Assembly (NCBI GenBank): GCA_051294375.1
Contig: CM119269.1
Location: forward strand, 10,460,883-10,524,882
Source of the DNA: Paraspadella gotoi
Taxonomy: Eukaryota > Animalia > Chaetognatha
Reading direction: 5' to 3'
Length of the DNA stretch: 64,000 nucleotides
In this document: positions 1 through 13,700 of the stretch, one piece after another
Numbering within the stretch: the stretch's first letter is position 1
Layout of the letters: each line of letters starts with the position of its first letter
The notes under the pieces: generated by a model
Told to the model about the DNA's origin: nothing
The model's input: only the letters and a program-made list of their open reading frames with translations
The model's database searches: none
Program-made: the position numbers and the translations under genes

Positions 1-20
1 AAGATACGGCAGAGAGCACG

Positions 21-25
21 GAGAG

Positions 26-115
<90 letters not shown>

Positions 116-118
116 TAG
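21..118. repeat. (GA)n microsatellite, one of dozens of GA/CT tracts in the window
   Basis: Read directly from the sequence. Other long tracts lie at about 20661-20747, 24775-24890, 29200-29285, 34285-34401, 48540-48640, 51520-51680, 60055-60175 and 61485-61570. Confidence 0.97.
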
Positions 119-440
119 AAGGTGAGAAATATCGGAGAAGCAATAAGTCAGAGGGATCCCGCGTGTCTCACTTGTTTTCGGGCGAATGCGACTGATAATG
201 CGCGCTTCATCAATCGGAGTCGCATACATGGCAAACCATTGTTCACATGTCCGTTGGGAAATTGAGAAAATTTATGCACGCTGCAGGTGAAGGTTGCTTC
301 TCCTCTCTCTCTCTTCTCTCTCTTCTCTCTCTGCTTTGTCTCTCTTCTCTACGTCCTCTCTCTCTCTCTCTTCTGCTACTTCTCTCTCTCTCTCTTCTCT
401 CTCTCTCTATCCTAATTTTTGCCCCCCTCACAAAAAAAGA

Positions 441-925
441 GGGGAGAATAGAAGGCGGGAATATTGAGGGGGTAAGGGGAGAATAGAAGGCGGGATGGGA
501 GGATTAAGACGGGGAAGTGATTTTGAATTGAGGCAAAAGAGAAGCGGATGAATGCGAAAGTGAAACGCGACTCACGCCTGAATGACTCAGCCTTGATTCC
601 GCCGTGATTCCCTTGTGAAGGCGCTGTGAATTCTTCTTCCTTCGCTCGGCGTTCCCTTCAGTTCAGTTTTTTTTTTTTTTTTTGGAATATTGAGTCGTAA
701 GGGAGAATAGACAGGCGGGAAAATTGATGGGGCTAGGGGTGAGAATAGAAGGCGGGATATTTGCAGGGGGATAGGTGAGAATTTAGAAGGCGGGGAATAT
801 TCGAGGGTAGGGGGAGAATAGAAGGCAGTGAATATTGAGCGGCGGTAGGGCCCCGGTAGGGGGAATTAGAGGCGTGAATATGAGGCGGGTAAGGGGAGCA
901 ATTAGAAGGCGCGGATGGAGGATTA
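441..925 (+). repeat. ~35-bp minisatellite (GGGGAGAATAGAAGGCGGGAATATTGAGGGG..), in two blocks
   Basis: Units start at 441 and 476, and about six degenerate units recur at 690-925. Confidence 0.85.
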
Positions 926-1110
926 GACGGGAAGTGATTTTGAATTAGCAAAAGAGAAGGCGGATGAATGCGAAAAGCTGAAACGCGACTCACGCCTGAA
1001 TGACTCAGCTTGATTCCGCCGTGATTCCTTGTGAAGAGCGCTGTGAAATTCTTCTTCCTTCGCTCGGGCGTTCCCTTCAGCTTTTCATGGTTTTTTTTTT
1101 TTTTTTTTTG
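481..1110 (+). repeat. ~200-bp direct duplication (481-680 vs ~901-1110)
   Basis: The block ggaagtgattttgaatt...aaacgcgactcacgcctgaatgactcagc...cgttcccttcag plus poly-T occurs twice. The copies differ by small indels. Confidence 0.9.
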
Positions 1111-1149
1111 TTAAATGCTTCTCGGGATAAACAGAGGCAATCGCCGTGG

Positions 1150-1174
1150 NNNNNNNNNNNNNNNNNNNNNNNNN
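1150..1174. other. 25-N placeholder gap (also 5660-5684, 7053-7077, 9820-9844, 19372-19396, 31628-31652, 36288-36312)
   Basis: Seven gaps of exactly 25 N were counted. Sized gaps also occur at 2033-2077, 16283-16513, 22220-22371, 22513-22778, 41829-41989, 42164-42381, 43281-43615 and 45683-45693. Confidence 0.97.
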
Positions 1175-1278
1175 GCCGCCGACCCTTGTGCCGCCGGTGC
1201 CTCAGCCGCCTTCGCCGGCGCCGCCGCTTCGCCGCCCTCCGCCGCCTTCCGCCGCCTTCCGCCGCCTTCCGCCGCCTC
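1175..1278 (+). repeat. GC-rich (GCC)n / CCGCCGCCTT decamer repeat
   Basis: ccgccgcctt is repeated several times at about 1240-1278, beside the gap. Confidence 0.85.
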
Positions 1279-1492
1279 AAGGAACTTTTTTTTGAAAAAT
1301 CTAAATCCATCAACTTCCAACGATTTTCCATAAAAAAGGTTTTTTCGGATTTTTTTTTTTATATTTTTTATTCTCGATTCCCATTTATGGCTTGGACGCC
1401 GGCGGCGTCGAGAAGAGAAAGAAAGGAGAAAAAAAAGGAAAGAATGCGAGAAAGAAATAAAGAAAGAAAGATGGGCGAGTGAAGAGTTATCA

Positions 1493-1527
1493 TATAATTC
1501 GAGTTATAATTCGAGTTATAATTCGAG
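1493..1527 (+). repeat. 12-bp tandem repeat (TATAATTCGAGT) x3
   Basis: tataattcgagttataattcgagttataattcgag read directly. Confidence 0.9.
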
Positions 1528-2835
1528 AGAAGAGGCGAAGGACATCCGGATATAAGTTTATGAAATAGTAAAGGGGAGGAGTTAAGTAAAAAAAAAAATG
1601 ATAAAGGGAAAGAAAAAACGAAATTAAACAAAAAAGAAAAAAGTAGAATTTTAAAAAAAATTGTAAGAAAGAATCTCCGTAGATTATAGAACGTCGAATC
1701 ATCGAAGTCTGAGAATCAATTCCGACGCTGATGTCGCTGATGTCGGACTGAAAGCATTAATTTTCGGTGATTGTAAGCTGAGCAGCTGGGATAAAATACA
1801 AAAAAACACTATATTCTTCCAGGATTCAAAATTCCTCGTGTTCTACGTAGAATTTTCCCAATTCCTCACTAGAAAACGATTAGAGGATTGGAAAATGGTG
1901 GTCGTGGAGGCGGTGGGGTCGGAATCGGCGGCATCGGAAGCATTGACTCCGGCTGCGACGGCGGCGGCGACGGCGGCGGCGACGGCGGCGGTAAACGTTC
2001 TTAAATTTACGAGAAAATTTCGCCCATTCCGANNNNNNNNNNNNNNNNNNNNNNNNNNNNNNNNNNNNNNNNNNNNNAATTTCCTTTCCGTTCATTCACT
2101 CACTGTTATCTTAACTCAACACAATTTGCAGAGACTCGTAATCCAATTAAAAGTTAAATTAGGAAATCCTATGATTTCATCATCGCAATATAATTAATAT
2201 AATATAATTAAGCCTTCTTTAAAATTAAACAGTTTAAAGAATACGTATAATGATCATAATCTTTCACGTCATTGTCATTTAAATGCTTTCGTCACTAATA
2301 CAAAAATAAATCTTCAATACTCTCCCAAATAACATATTTAGATATTGCTTTATTCTCCATATGTACATTGGACATAATGAAATTAATGATTTCCTCGAAG
2401 AAGAAGTAACTTCATTTCGATGTGAAATCATCTGGAGACAACCAGAGACGAGTCAATGACCTGCTTTCTCTTTTCCCTTTAAGACTCCGACTTTCATTTT
2501 CGTCGTCCCCATTTTTTTCCCCGCATCGTCACGAAAGAGAAGTTTTGTTCTTTATTTTCCTGTTTTGGCAAGTTTCCTTTTCTTTGTCGTTTTTCGCATA
2601 GAATTAGAGGTGAGAGACGAAGAAGAAAGGAGAGGAAGAGAGAGAGAGAGAGAGAAGAGAGACGAATCCGTAGAGAGACGACAGAGCAAGAGAGAGATGT
2701 ACGAGCAGGAGGAGAGAGAGAGATAAAGTGAATGTTTTTCGTTTTTATTTTATCTCTGCCGAAACCATCGTTACCAAAACGACTTTCTGTACAAGGACCG
2801 ATGGAAGTAAGAAGGACGTCGACACCGACTCGAGA

Positions 2836-2872
<37 letters not shown>

Positions 2873-3639
2873 CGACGTCATCAATCACGACAAACAAAAA
2901 CAACAAAAAGAAAAAAAACGACAACAACAAACTTTAGTTGTTTTTTTTTCCTTGTGGATTATCGCCCGGCGTCACGATCTGCCCCCTTATCGACCATGAA
3001 TAAATAAAGTCGCAGAGAAATAAAAGCTTCCCCGTTTTTCCGCTTTTAACGAGAGTTTATGTCTTCTATTTTCGGCGTTTGGAAAAAAAAAAAGGCTTGA
3101 CAGCGCCACGCCCGGCAGTCGGAGAAACTCAAGTCGGAGATTTCCCATCTCTCGCGCGGGCGTCTTGAGATTGTCGGAAGAGCCACTGTGCCGCAGATCG
3201 ATCGTTGAGATCGGGAAGGATTACTGTCTCCATGGTTACTCGGCCTCGTTTGGTGAAATCGAATCCAAGATCAGATGCGATTCACTCCCTTCGATTAAAT
3301 CATGGGCGTCCATCGAAAGATTTAACGTCCGCGTTTAGGGATTGGCAACGAGGTCGTCGTCGTGGACGGTCTCGTAGTCGTCGGCGTTGTCGTCGTCGTG
3401 AGCGTCGAGGTCAACATCGTCGTCGTCAGCCTTGTTATCGTCGTCTTCATCGTCGTAATCAATTTGATCGTCGTCGTTTCGTCTTTTTTCAGTAAAATAC
3501 AGATAAGGTTTTACAAGGGGCAATTTCTTTACGAGAATGCCTCGTTCTTCTTTGTATTTTTGTTTTTATTCTTTTCTTTTCTCTTTTCCTACATTTCCTT
3601 ATTTGCACTTACTCAATCTTCTTTCTACTTCAATAATAT

Positions 3640-4055
3640 TCTATCCTCTATCTTCTTTCTTTCGGTTTCCCTTTATTCTTCTTAATTTCCTCTATCTTTC
3701 TCTTTCTCCTAAATTTCCTTTTCTTTCCTCTATCTTCCTTCTCCTCCTCAGTTTCTTTTTCTTTTCTCTATCTTTCTCCTTCTTTTCATTTTCATTTTCT
3801 TTCCGCTATCTTCCTCCTCAATTTCCTTTTCTTTCCTCTATCTTCTCCTCCTCATTTTCCTTTTCTTTTTTCTATCTTCCTCCTCCTCCTCATTTTGCTT
3901 TTCTTTCCGCTATCTTCCTCCTCAATTTCCTTTTCTTTCCTCTATCTTCTCCTCCTCAGTTTCCTTTTCTTTCCTCTATCTTCCTCCTCCTCCTCATTTT
4001 GCTTTTCTTTCCTCTATGATAGAGGCTCTATCTTCCTCCTTAATTTTCTTCTTCT
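3640..4055 (+). repeat. Pyrimidine-rich ~30-33-bp minisatellite (TCCTCCTCAATTTCCTTTTCTTTCCTCTATCT)
   Basis: About ten or more degenerate units, each ending in ctctatct. Confidence 0.85.
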
Positions 4056-4884
4056 TCCTCGATCCGTCTCGTCTCGACGAAGGACAAGGGATAATCACGT
4101 CTGATTTTGAGGCGACGCGAACTAAAGGGGGAGGAAGGAAGGGAAAGGGTGAATGGTGAATGATTGTGAAACGTCAGGGGAGTGAGAGAGAAGAAATGGA
4201 GTGACATAAAAAAAGACGCTGTAAAGGATTGTAAGGGCAGGGTGAAAAAGTGAAAGCTTGAAGAGGAAAAATGCTATATAGAATAAGTTTGTAACATTGC
4301 TTACTAGTTAGAAAGGACTGTTTGTGCTCGTGATTAGCAGAAAAAGAAAGTTTAGAGGGTAAGTATAAGTAAAACAAAAGAATTGAATCAAAAGGTTTTT
4401 GTTAAAGAGAATTTTCTTAAACGCGCTACGCTATTGTATTTTCGCTAAAGAAGCTTCTATGTTTTTGTCTCTTTTAATTTTATTCCCAACCCAAAAAAAA
4501 ACTGGAGAAAAATATTTTAGTATCTCTTCATTCGCCTTCGAGTCTTTATTTTGTCGTTTTTAGATTCGGAGCTCTCTCTCTCTCTCTCTTCATCTCTCTC
4601 GTCTCTCGTGTCCTCTCTTCTCTGCTTTTTTTTCTTCTTTTTTGGTTATTTATTTTGTTTTTAAGTGTAACGCCGAGAGAAATTGAATTCATTCTGTCTC
4701 CATATGTTTCTTGCTGCGAGTCTGGAGACAGAAATGGAAGCAACGTGGTGAGATGATTAAAGAGTCTCTCTACTCTCATCGATCGCTCTCTCTCTCTCTA
4801 TCCTGCTGCTCTGCTCGTCTTCTCTACTCTCATCTATCTTCGTCATCGTCTCTGCTCTCGGATCTCTGTCTCTTCTTCTCTGCG

Positions 4885-6230
4885 TTTCATTTCGTATTCT
4901 TCAGAGCAATAAGAGAAAACGATCCGGCGTTGTATCTTTTCTTTCGTCTGGTTCGAAGTTGCATCTTTTGTTTACGATAGGATACCGCGATCTTACGCGC
5001 CAGAGGGCTTCGGAGTGACGTATGCACTATTTCAGGAGCCCTGTGTCAGCGGGCGTTTCCTCGTTCAGCTAACGGTTAACTCGCTGGCATGTCTTTTCAA
5101 TCGCCGCGGTAGACGTTTTTCGATGAGATGCGACAGAGATCTTTCATCGACGCTCATCTCAAAGAGAAAATCTCTCAAGCATCCGGGAATCCAACCAAGA
5201 AATCGATGGCAAAACGCGGGTTCTGACGATTCTCGCGACGCTTGAAGATGTTTATTTTAATTTGAGCAAAACAGTTTCGTCAAACTTACGAAACTATTCA
5301 TTCGAATTTGTTAATAAATCATAACCGTTTCGTCAATCACACTCCTATGACTAACGGTTTTGTTTTTTATCACCTCTCTATTGGAATCCTGACCTTACTT
5401 TTTTAACTGTCTACTTTGAACTACGAATTCTTCATTTTTTTATCACTCCTCTCTTTGGAACCTGCCCTCAGAATTACCTCTCAGCTTTTTTTTAATATCA
5501 CTCCTCTCTTTGGAACTCCCTCGAATTCCTCTCACTTTTTTTATCACATCCTCTGCTTTGACCTCCCTGAATTCCTTCTCATCTGTTGAAGCCGTGCATC
5601 TGCAATCTTTACTCTCACCTCTTCGCTCATCTCGCCCTCACCATCATACCGTCTCACTCNNNNNNNNNNNNNNNNNNNNNNNNNCTCTCTTTCATTTCTA
5701 TTTTTTCCAGACAATACATGAAAAACGATCCGGCGTTTTAAATTTTTCTTTCGTCTGGATTCGAAGTCTGCATCTTTTGTTTACGAATGGAATCCGCGAA
5801 TCTTCACCGCCAGAGGGCTTCGAGTGACGTATCACTTTCCAAGACGCCTGTGTCGCGGCAGTTTCTCGTTTCCAGCTAAACGGTTAAACTCGCTGGCATC
5901 TCTTTTCAATCGCCCGCGGTGAAAGACTTTTTCGATGCCAGATGCCGACAGATTCTTTCACAAGACGAGCTCATCCTCACAAGAGAAAATCTCTCAGCAT
6001 CCGGAAATCCAACCAAGAAACTCGATGGGCAAAACCGGGGTTCTGACGATTCCGCGACGCCTTGAAGAATGTTTATTTAATTTGGCAAAACAGTTTCGTC
6101 AAACTTACGAACTATTCATTCAATTTTTTTAATAAATTCCATAACCGTTTCGTCAATATCACTCCTATGACTAACGGTTTTTTTTTTATCACTCCTCTCT
6201 TTGGAACCTCCCTCGAATTCCTCTCACTTT
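4885..6230 (+). repeat. ~0.5-kb direct duplication (~4885-5390 vs ~5690-6210) flanking a 25-N gap
   Basis: aaaacgatccggcgtt...cgccagagggcttcg...aaacttacgaactattcatt...actcctatgactaacggtttt is present on both sides of gap 5660-5684, with indel-type differences. Confidence 0.92.
5360..5580 (+). repeat. ~45-60-bp minisatellite (TTTTTTATCACTCCTCTCTTTGGAAC..CGAATTCCTCTC)
   Basis: Four to five degenerate units. One cleaner unit sits at about 6181-6228. Confidence 0.7.
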
Positions 6231-6485
6231 GAAGCCTCATCTCAATCTTTACCTCACCTCTTCCCTCATCTCACCTCACCCTCCATCCCGTCTCACCCTC
6301 CCGCCCTGCCTCACCCTCCCACGCATCCTTGGCGGAGCCTCTTTTTTTTTGTTCCGCGAAAAACGCGTTTAATTTCCTGTGGGAGAAACTTTGTTGTCGT
6401 TGTCTTCCTTCGGTGTCTGCGATGTCTTTCTTATCAAACCATTGTGCTTTTTAGTCTTTTCTCTATTCTTTTTATATGTTTCTTT

Positions 6486-6516
<31 letters not shown>

Positions 6517-7032
6517 GATGATGGAACTACAGCTCTTGATCGATGCTGATTCACTCAATGATAATGATAGTTATGTTATATGATGAATTTCAATTGATAA
6601 ATGATAACTTATGATCGGAGATAAATATGAATGATGGATGGCTGAGACATCGTACGCGACGGATATTTTCTGAACGATACGAACGACGCTGCTTGGTTTC
6701 GGTGCCTTGTCTTATCGGTGCAGCGATTGTTATGTGACCGAGTTTGCAGAGAATTCAATCATTATTCACAGCTGCTTCTTACGCTCGGCAGTTCCAAGAT
6801 GTATCATGGCCGCCATCTAAATATGTGCAGAGAAAAATCATATTAAAAAAAATCGCCATTTCTTTCCTTTTTTTGATGGGGGGGGGCAAAAATTAGGAAT
6901 AGAGAAAGACTGAAGAGATGCAGATGATCAGAGGAGAAGCATTGCCAGACCAGCTGGCATGGCGTGATCTACTCTCCGGTTCGACTACCCTTCTCTTTCT
7001 TTCTTTCTTTTTTCTATTCCTCTTATATCCAT

Positions 7033-7077
7033 TATCTATCTCATCATCTATCNNNNNNNNNNNNNNNNNNNNNNNNN

Positions 7078-7110
<33 letters not shown>
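7033..7110. repeat. (TATC)n microsatellite spanning a 25-N gap
   Basis: ctatctatct on both sides of gap 7053-7077. Confidence 0.92.
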
Positions 7111-7114
<4 letters not shown>

Positions 7115-8185
7115 AAAAACTCACGTCAAACATCAATTTTCAAAAAAATAGGACGGAAAGCCTTGCCACTTCTCCCTGGAGTAAAGGCCGGGAAACTAAC
7201 GCTAACACGAACCTCCTTTTTAAATCTTTAACAAGTCTGACTTTTAACCTTTTAACTATTAAACAATTCCTGGAGGATTTTTTTTTATGTTCTAACTTTA
7301 CACGTTTCGAACTGAGGAAATTCAGAAAACTGTAGTTTGGAGTGTCACGGTTAACGATTTGGCGCCCTTTATTAAATCCAAATACGTATCACGTTGCTCT
7401 TGAAAATCCAACCATTTTACTCAATGTAATTTCATTTATGTAACTTTAAGTTAGAAAGATTTTAAAGTAGAACAATGTACCATTTACATGTAAAATGAGC
7501 AAAAATTCGTTAGGGATCGAAATATCGTTCGCTGAATAAGACAGCGCAACTGTAGTTGAACGGCAACCTTTTATTCGATCGTCTAATTTTTCGTTGTTGT
7601 CCGCGAACAGCTAAAGCCCCCCCCCTCCACCTCTTTAAAACGCAACAACCTCGACTCTCACGTGGATGCCGTTATTTTTGTCGACGGTGACCCACTTTTC
7701 GCGCCGGCGCTTAAGATCCCACTTTTTACCTCTGCAATGGCCACTCACTCCCTTCGACCTTACCCGTTTCTCCTTACCTTTCTTCCGCTACATTGACCTC
7801 GCCTCCGGTCTACGCAAATAACCTTTTCCTCCCAATTTTTCAAACTACAATCGACGAACCAGAGGCTTCGCCCATTAAATGTCTCCCACGTTGGCTCGTT
7901 GCCCGATTGGCCCGCAGTCTTGAGATCTTGACGCTCCATTATACATTTTCTTATATTCCTCCGTCCCTATCGCAACCCTGACGCCGAGATGCCACTGTCC
8001 CCAGGCTGTTCTCACTGTCTCCGTCGCCCCTTCACCATCACCGCGGTTCCACTGGCATTAACCTAAGCTCACGGCGGCAGTTGAACAAATGTCCACCCAT
8101 ATATTCTCGTTGCTCATTCCCTCCAAAAACGAAAAAAGATATTTCCCTCCCCAAGTTTTTTTTTTTTTACGGTGCTCTCTCTCTG

Positions 8186-8218
<33 letters not shown>

Positions 8219-8724
8219 TCTCTCTCTTCTCCTCTCTCTCCTCTCTCTCTCTCTCTGCTCTCTCTCTCTACCGCGCAGCGCCCTTTTCTTTTCCCTCATT
8301 CAATTTGCCGTCCCTAACAAAAAGGAAAAATAAACAAACGCAAAGCCCCACTGACTGCGGAGCTGCGAGCAGCACAGCTCTGATTTCTCCGTAGATTCTC
8401 TCTCTTTCTCTCTCTCCCATTCCTTCTCTTTCATTTCATTCTTCTATTCATCCCTACTTTTTTTTCTCTCTCTCTTTCCATCTCTTCCGCGAGAAGGCAA
8501 CTGCTTCCTAGCGGTGAAAGCGAGAATCAAACTCGCATTTATCTCATGGTAAACAGATGAACAAGACATTTTTCCCCGTTCAGCATAAATAGAAAGAGTC
8601 GAGAGAAGTGAGGAGTAGGGAGGGGGGAGGTTTGAATTCGCCCAATTAAGCTTTCTCATTTTCTGCCTTTTTATTTTTTTTTTCGCCTTCCAATTCTTTA
8701 GTTTCTTCGAGAACTCATAGCCTC

Positions 8725-8885
8725 TCGTAGCATGGTGACTCACTTCCAAAGTGAGGCTCACACATCTTCTGCTGAATACAGATCGTCATATCGTCGGGTA
8801 CTATCGTAGCATGGTGACTCACTTCCAAGGTGAGGATCACACATCTTCTACTGAACACAGATCGTCATATCGTCGGGTACTATCG
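8725..8885 (+). repeat. 79-bp tandem duplication, each unit with a stem-loop
   Basis: tcgtagcatggtgactcacttccaaagtgaggctcacacatcttctgctgaatacagatcgtcatatcgtcgggtacta starts at 8725 and again at 8804. I count four substitutions and no indels. Confidence 0.93.
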
Positions 8886-9439
8886 GTTGGAGATTTGCAA
8901 AGCCCATATGGTTATGTGTACTTTCTTTAATTCTCATCCTTTCACGATTAAAATCTAAAGATAAATTGTTGATGGCTTTGGGATCCGCTTCCATTCTAGT
9001 TGTTAATTAAATTTACCTCGACTCTCAACCGCCAACAAAAATTATATGCCTCATTCTCTCTTAACATAGACAACGACGTCGTTAATTAAATTCTCTTCTT
9101 GAATGACAGAATGTGTAAATAGAAACAATTGATACAAAGTAATGCGCAGTAAATTTTCTACAAGCCCAAAGGCCCAATAAACACGAATTCCCAACAGTTT
9201 CATTCTAATAAAATCTAAAAAAAAAAGTGAACTCCGTCTCCATCTCTCCCGCCAGAGGGCGCGCGGGATTTCTCCTTCTCCCTCGGAATTCGGTGACAGG
9301 GAATTTCGCTCTCCGATGATGAATGAACTCGGAATTCAGAAATTATGGTTCGATTCGCGGATTATGGAATTTTTTTTTTTCCTTCGTGAATTTTCCCGGT
9401 CGTTTTTTCGGGTTAAATCGCAAACGTTTTTTTCCACAC

Positions 9440-9819
9440 ACGCTCTCCCTTTCACACCCTCCCCCCGGAAAAAACCCTCAAACATATATCGACTTCATTC
9501 TTTTTCTTAATCTTTATATCTTTTTAATAGTTTGTTAAAAAGTTTGCTACTTTTTTATTAGGACCCTTTTTTAATAACATTGACAATGGTCATTCATTGA
9601 TTCATTTCTTTGCTTTATCCTTAAGTTTTTTTGACGTTTGATTTTCTATTTTATCTTTCATCAAACAACTTTTTAATTGTTTAGATTTCATAAAATTAGC
9701 AAATTAGTAGTTTTAATCTTCGGTTGGTTGATGAGTTCTCGAAACAAATATGAGGAAAATATAGAGAGATGCATTCGCGTTGTACCTCGTAACTCAATCG
9801 ATGAATTACGTATTATCGA
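9440..9819 (+). repeat. Direct repeat of ~16670-17099
   Basis: acaccct..aaaaccc..aaacatatatcgactt...ttagatttcataaaa...tcaatcgatgaattacgta is shared. The copy at 16.7 kb carries many extra bases. Confidence 0.9.
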
Positions 9820-10784
9820 NNNNNNNNNNNNNNNNNNNNNNNNNTCTTTATAAATTCAGTCTGTAAACTTCTGCAAATATTCCGGAAATGTGTTCACCTC
9901 CCTCCTCGTCTGGTTTTTTCTTAAAGACAAAAAGAACAATCATAAAATTTATCATTCAACAGGAAATGGCACAGAGGAGTTCGTCCCATACTCAGGGATC
10001 CAGACGTCGTACCAAAACGAGTTCAGCCTATCTGCGCGTGGATCGGTCCAGACGGAAGCTTCCGGTCCTATCCTACTTCCTAACTCTCTCTTCTCCCCTC
10101 CTCTTCTCTTCGTGCTCCTCTACTCGGATCTCTTCTCATCCCTCTCATCGCTGTCGATCTCTCTCTCGATCCATTTTTTTTGCTTTCTACTTTCGATTCG
10201 CAAACATTTATTCCGACGCGTTTTTTGCTCCCAAGTACCAAAATCCGAAAATTTAACATCGGCGAGATTTCGAGTGAATTTTTTTCTAAGAAATCTCTGA
10301 ATTATACTTTATATACACGAGGAGAGTGAAAACATGACCGAGCCATCGTCCTCTACAGCTCATTGTCCTCATTCTCCTCTTGGCTCTACTCTCATCATCG
10401 TGTCTCCTGCCTTCTCTCCTCTCTCTCTCTTCTTTCAGTTAGCACTCCACACGCATTTTTTGTTAATTTATTTACGATCAGAATGGTCTCACCCAAAAGT
10501 AAAGCGTCAATGAATGACTATCATCGTCATCAATTGAATGATTTATCATATCATAGTACAATGGAATGAGTTAATCAATCGCACTCAATGAAATGACTAA
10601 TCATCGACATCATCGCATCCTTGAATCTATCATCACTCAGTCGGTATTTTATGGGATACGAGTCGCCACATAATCAATTGTATGTGGTTATCATCAGATC
10701 AATCCATTTAGTTTATGCATGGCAGCATTAATATTTGGTTACCATTCTGAAAGCTGGCTCGAGTTGTCTATGTGCTTTTTTAGA

Positions 10785-13700
10785 TTTTATTATTCTGCGG
10801 CAAAGAGAGAGAAACAAAAGAATACGTTTTCGATCGCATTTATTAAATTTGGACTGGGAAATTAAGGGCTCTTTAAGTTCCAACCTTTTGTATCAACGAA
10901 ATCGTTGTTGCAATTTTAAAAAAGAAGACATAACCTGTTTTGAAAGAAATGGACGGCAAAAAAAGGACAAATAAAGAGAGAACTTTTTGATTATACAGCT
11001 GGTAACCATGTAACTGCATTAAAAAAATAGTTCTACTAAACTCATTCGAATAAACACGCAATCTTAACAGGAATCCCTGACTTTAATCAGAGACCACTGC
11101 ACCTCACTAAACTAATATATATAAAGTTAGTAAAATTTATCAAATAAAGATCGGGTCATATATACTTTTTAATTGAGGAAAATTAGGGAACATCGCAGAT
11201 TCACTACCAGCACTAAGAAATTCGCACACAAATGTCTCACAACGATCGAGGCTTTTCGGAGACTATGTCCATTGCCAGCTGTCATTCGACGAAACTCATG
11301 TCTGTAGCACTTTGCAAAGCTTGAGGATTTTTAATAAACATTTGACGTAACTACAAGTTTCTAACGTTCATCCTAACTCTAACTTTTCATCTCATCATTT
11401 TTATTCGACGAAAAGAGCGAAAAAGGTTTCATGAAAACCTACGCCAGACTTATGCTAGGGACGAACCGACACAATAGCGAACGTTAGATATCCACGGATA
11501 TCACGAGTTAGATATAGATCACCAAATCAAAGTGAGACCGAGAGATGTATAATCGTGTCCAATTCGTACTACTGGTTTATTGTTGGTGCCGGAGACACAC
11601 AAAAAGTCCCAACGACGAGCGAAGACAACTCGGCCTAGATGGAAAAGGAGTGTTTTTCCGCTCAGATGACTTATTACTCCTAAAAAAATCGTATTTGCTC
11701 TGACTTGTAACCGCCCTCACCGTTACGATTTCACGATTCGCCCTACCTTTGCCTACATCTCCATATCGTTTAACCATCGGACAATCCTATCCTTAACACC
11801 TTCCATCTTATCCCATCATCTCCTGTGGATTTCTCCATTCCTTCCGCGTCACCTCCCTCATAACTCTTCTTCCCTTCCTCCCTTTCTCGATGTTACTGCA
11901 CCGCAAGCGTGTACTCCTCATATTTCCGTCCTCATTCTTATCTCATTTAGCAAACACGGCCTCTTCAAACGAAATGACAGATATCTTTCGCGTCGGAAAT
12001 GGAGCTTGGGACACTGGCCCGAGCTCCTTGTGCGTCGTCTTCCGTCGTCGGTCGTCGTCGTCGTTGAGCGATCATTACTCTCGCCACCGAGCGCCGCCTC
12101 CACTATGGACTACGCCCCTACATTAACCATTTCGCGCATCTTTCTTTTCTTCACCCTCCCATCTCCATTTTTGTTTCTATTATTTCGGCGACCATTTTCA
12201 GCGGGGATTCAACCTCCCTCGCCTTACAAACTAGTTCAATGCATTATTCTACATTGCTATGAGAATCATTCTATTTTCAATCTCACACTACGGAAATGAC
12301 CGTCGGCGTCGATTTATCTTCCACCTCGGTCGCTTCATCCCTCGGTCCCAATCTCACACTCCGATCTCGCTCATCTACTCTCTCTCTCTCTCATCGTCTC
12401 TCCAAATCCTCTTCTGCAATCTCTCTCTCTCTCACCTCTCATCTCATCTCCTCATCTTCTATCTCTCTCTCTCTCTCAAAGTTAGAAGACTTTGCATCTT
12501 CATTTTTGTATATCTACGCGTCTCTCACTCCTTATACTTATTCTTTCTCTACGGCTCGTCTCAAGCCAGAAGGTATTTAATTTACAGGCGAAACTTTTCC
12601 ATAATTAAAAATTTAAAATGATTTTTGAATTCTATTTTGCTTTTAATATAGAAGAATAAATCAACTAGATATTTTTCCATAATCAAATATACAAATAACT
12701 AGAGGATTCCCCACTAATTACCCAATCTTCTTAATCGAGTCCACTATTTATCCAAAACAGTATTTCCTCCTATCGGATTTCTACTCGCTCTTTAAATCAC
12801 ATTGATGATTCACTAACCACTCTTGCTCCTTTTTGCTTCTGACTCTGCGAGGTACATTCTTTCCCTAAGACAATAATCACCCCCGCGAACCCATGAGGCT
12901 GACTCCATACTCTCCCCCATCGAACCCTAACCGCACGACTTCATTCCCGCCTTCATCCGCCCAATCTATAGTTAGATGCTTCTCGAGTCTGTCATTCGCT
13001 TTTAATTGCTTCTAATCTTCTTTCTTACGTTTATGTCAGCACTTGACCTCGAACCCACCTTCGGGCAAAATCTCGCCTTACCAAAAACGCGGTTCCATCT
13101 CTTCCCGCCCAGCGCTCCGACACCATCAAACTCCGCAACCTCCCGCCCAGTAGTGTCCACTCCATCTCAATATATCCGCCGAAAGACCGTGCAAAGACGA
13201 ATGTTTTCAAGCTTGAAATCATCTTTGGTCGAAGCCGACGTCGTAAACAAATGTCTGCTGTAATTTGATTTTTCCTCTGCTCGCGCTAAATGACGTCGCA
13301 ATACGCGAAAACCGTTGATCGATGGGCGAACGAGATGGCGGGAGAAATCGTGCATCGGGCGGGGAGAATGAGGTTTGGATTGGTTCGAAAGGAGAGACAA
13401 TTGGGTGAATTGAACGAGAAATAAGACGGGAGGAATGGATGGACGGACGAGCGTAATGAAGGTGGTGGTGTTTGTATTTTTATGGTTAAGAACACAGTAA
13501 CGCCATTTTACATGACAATTGGTCTAATTATACAGGACGAATACTAAACCGAGAACACCGATGAGACTTAGCTTACATAGAAGTGAAATTAATTATTCAA
13601 TTAAGATAGCATATTTCATTTATAATAGATAATTATTTATCATTTTTTTAACGTATAAATCATTAGAAATAATGTTTTTCCTTCTACATTGTTAAACAAT

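Noticed and set aside
6514-6550. CTGATGA..CTGA as a C/D snoRNA or hammerhead
   Set aside because: The boxes are only ~30 nt apart, with no terminal stem and no correctly placed GAAA.
8725-8885. CRISPR-like or hammerhead-ribozyme repeat
   Set aside because: Only two adjacent units with no unique spacers, a eukaryotic context, and no hammerhead core.
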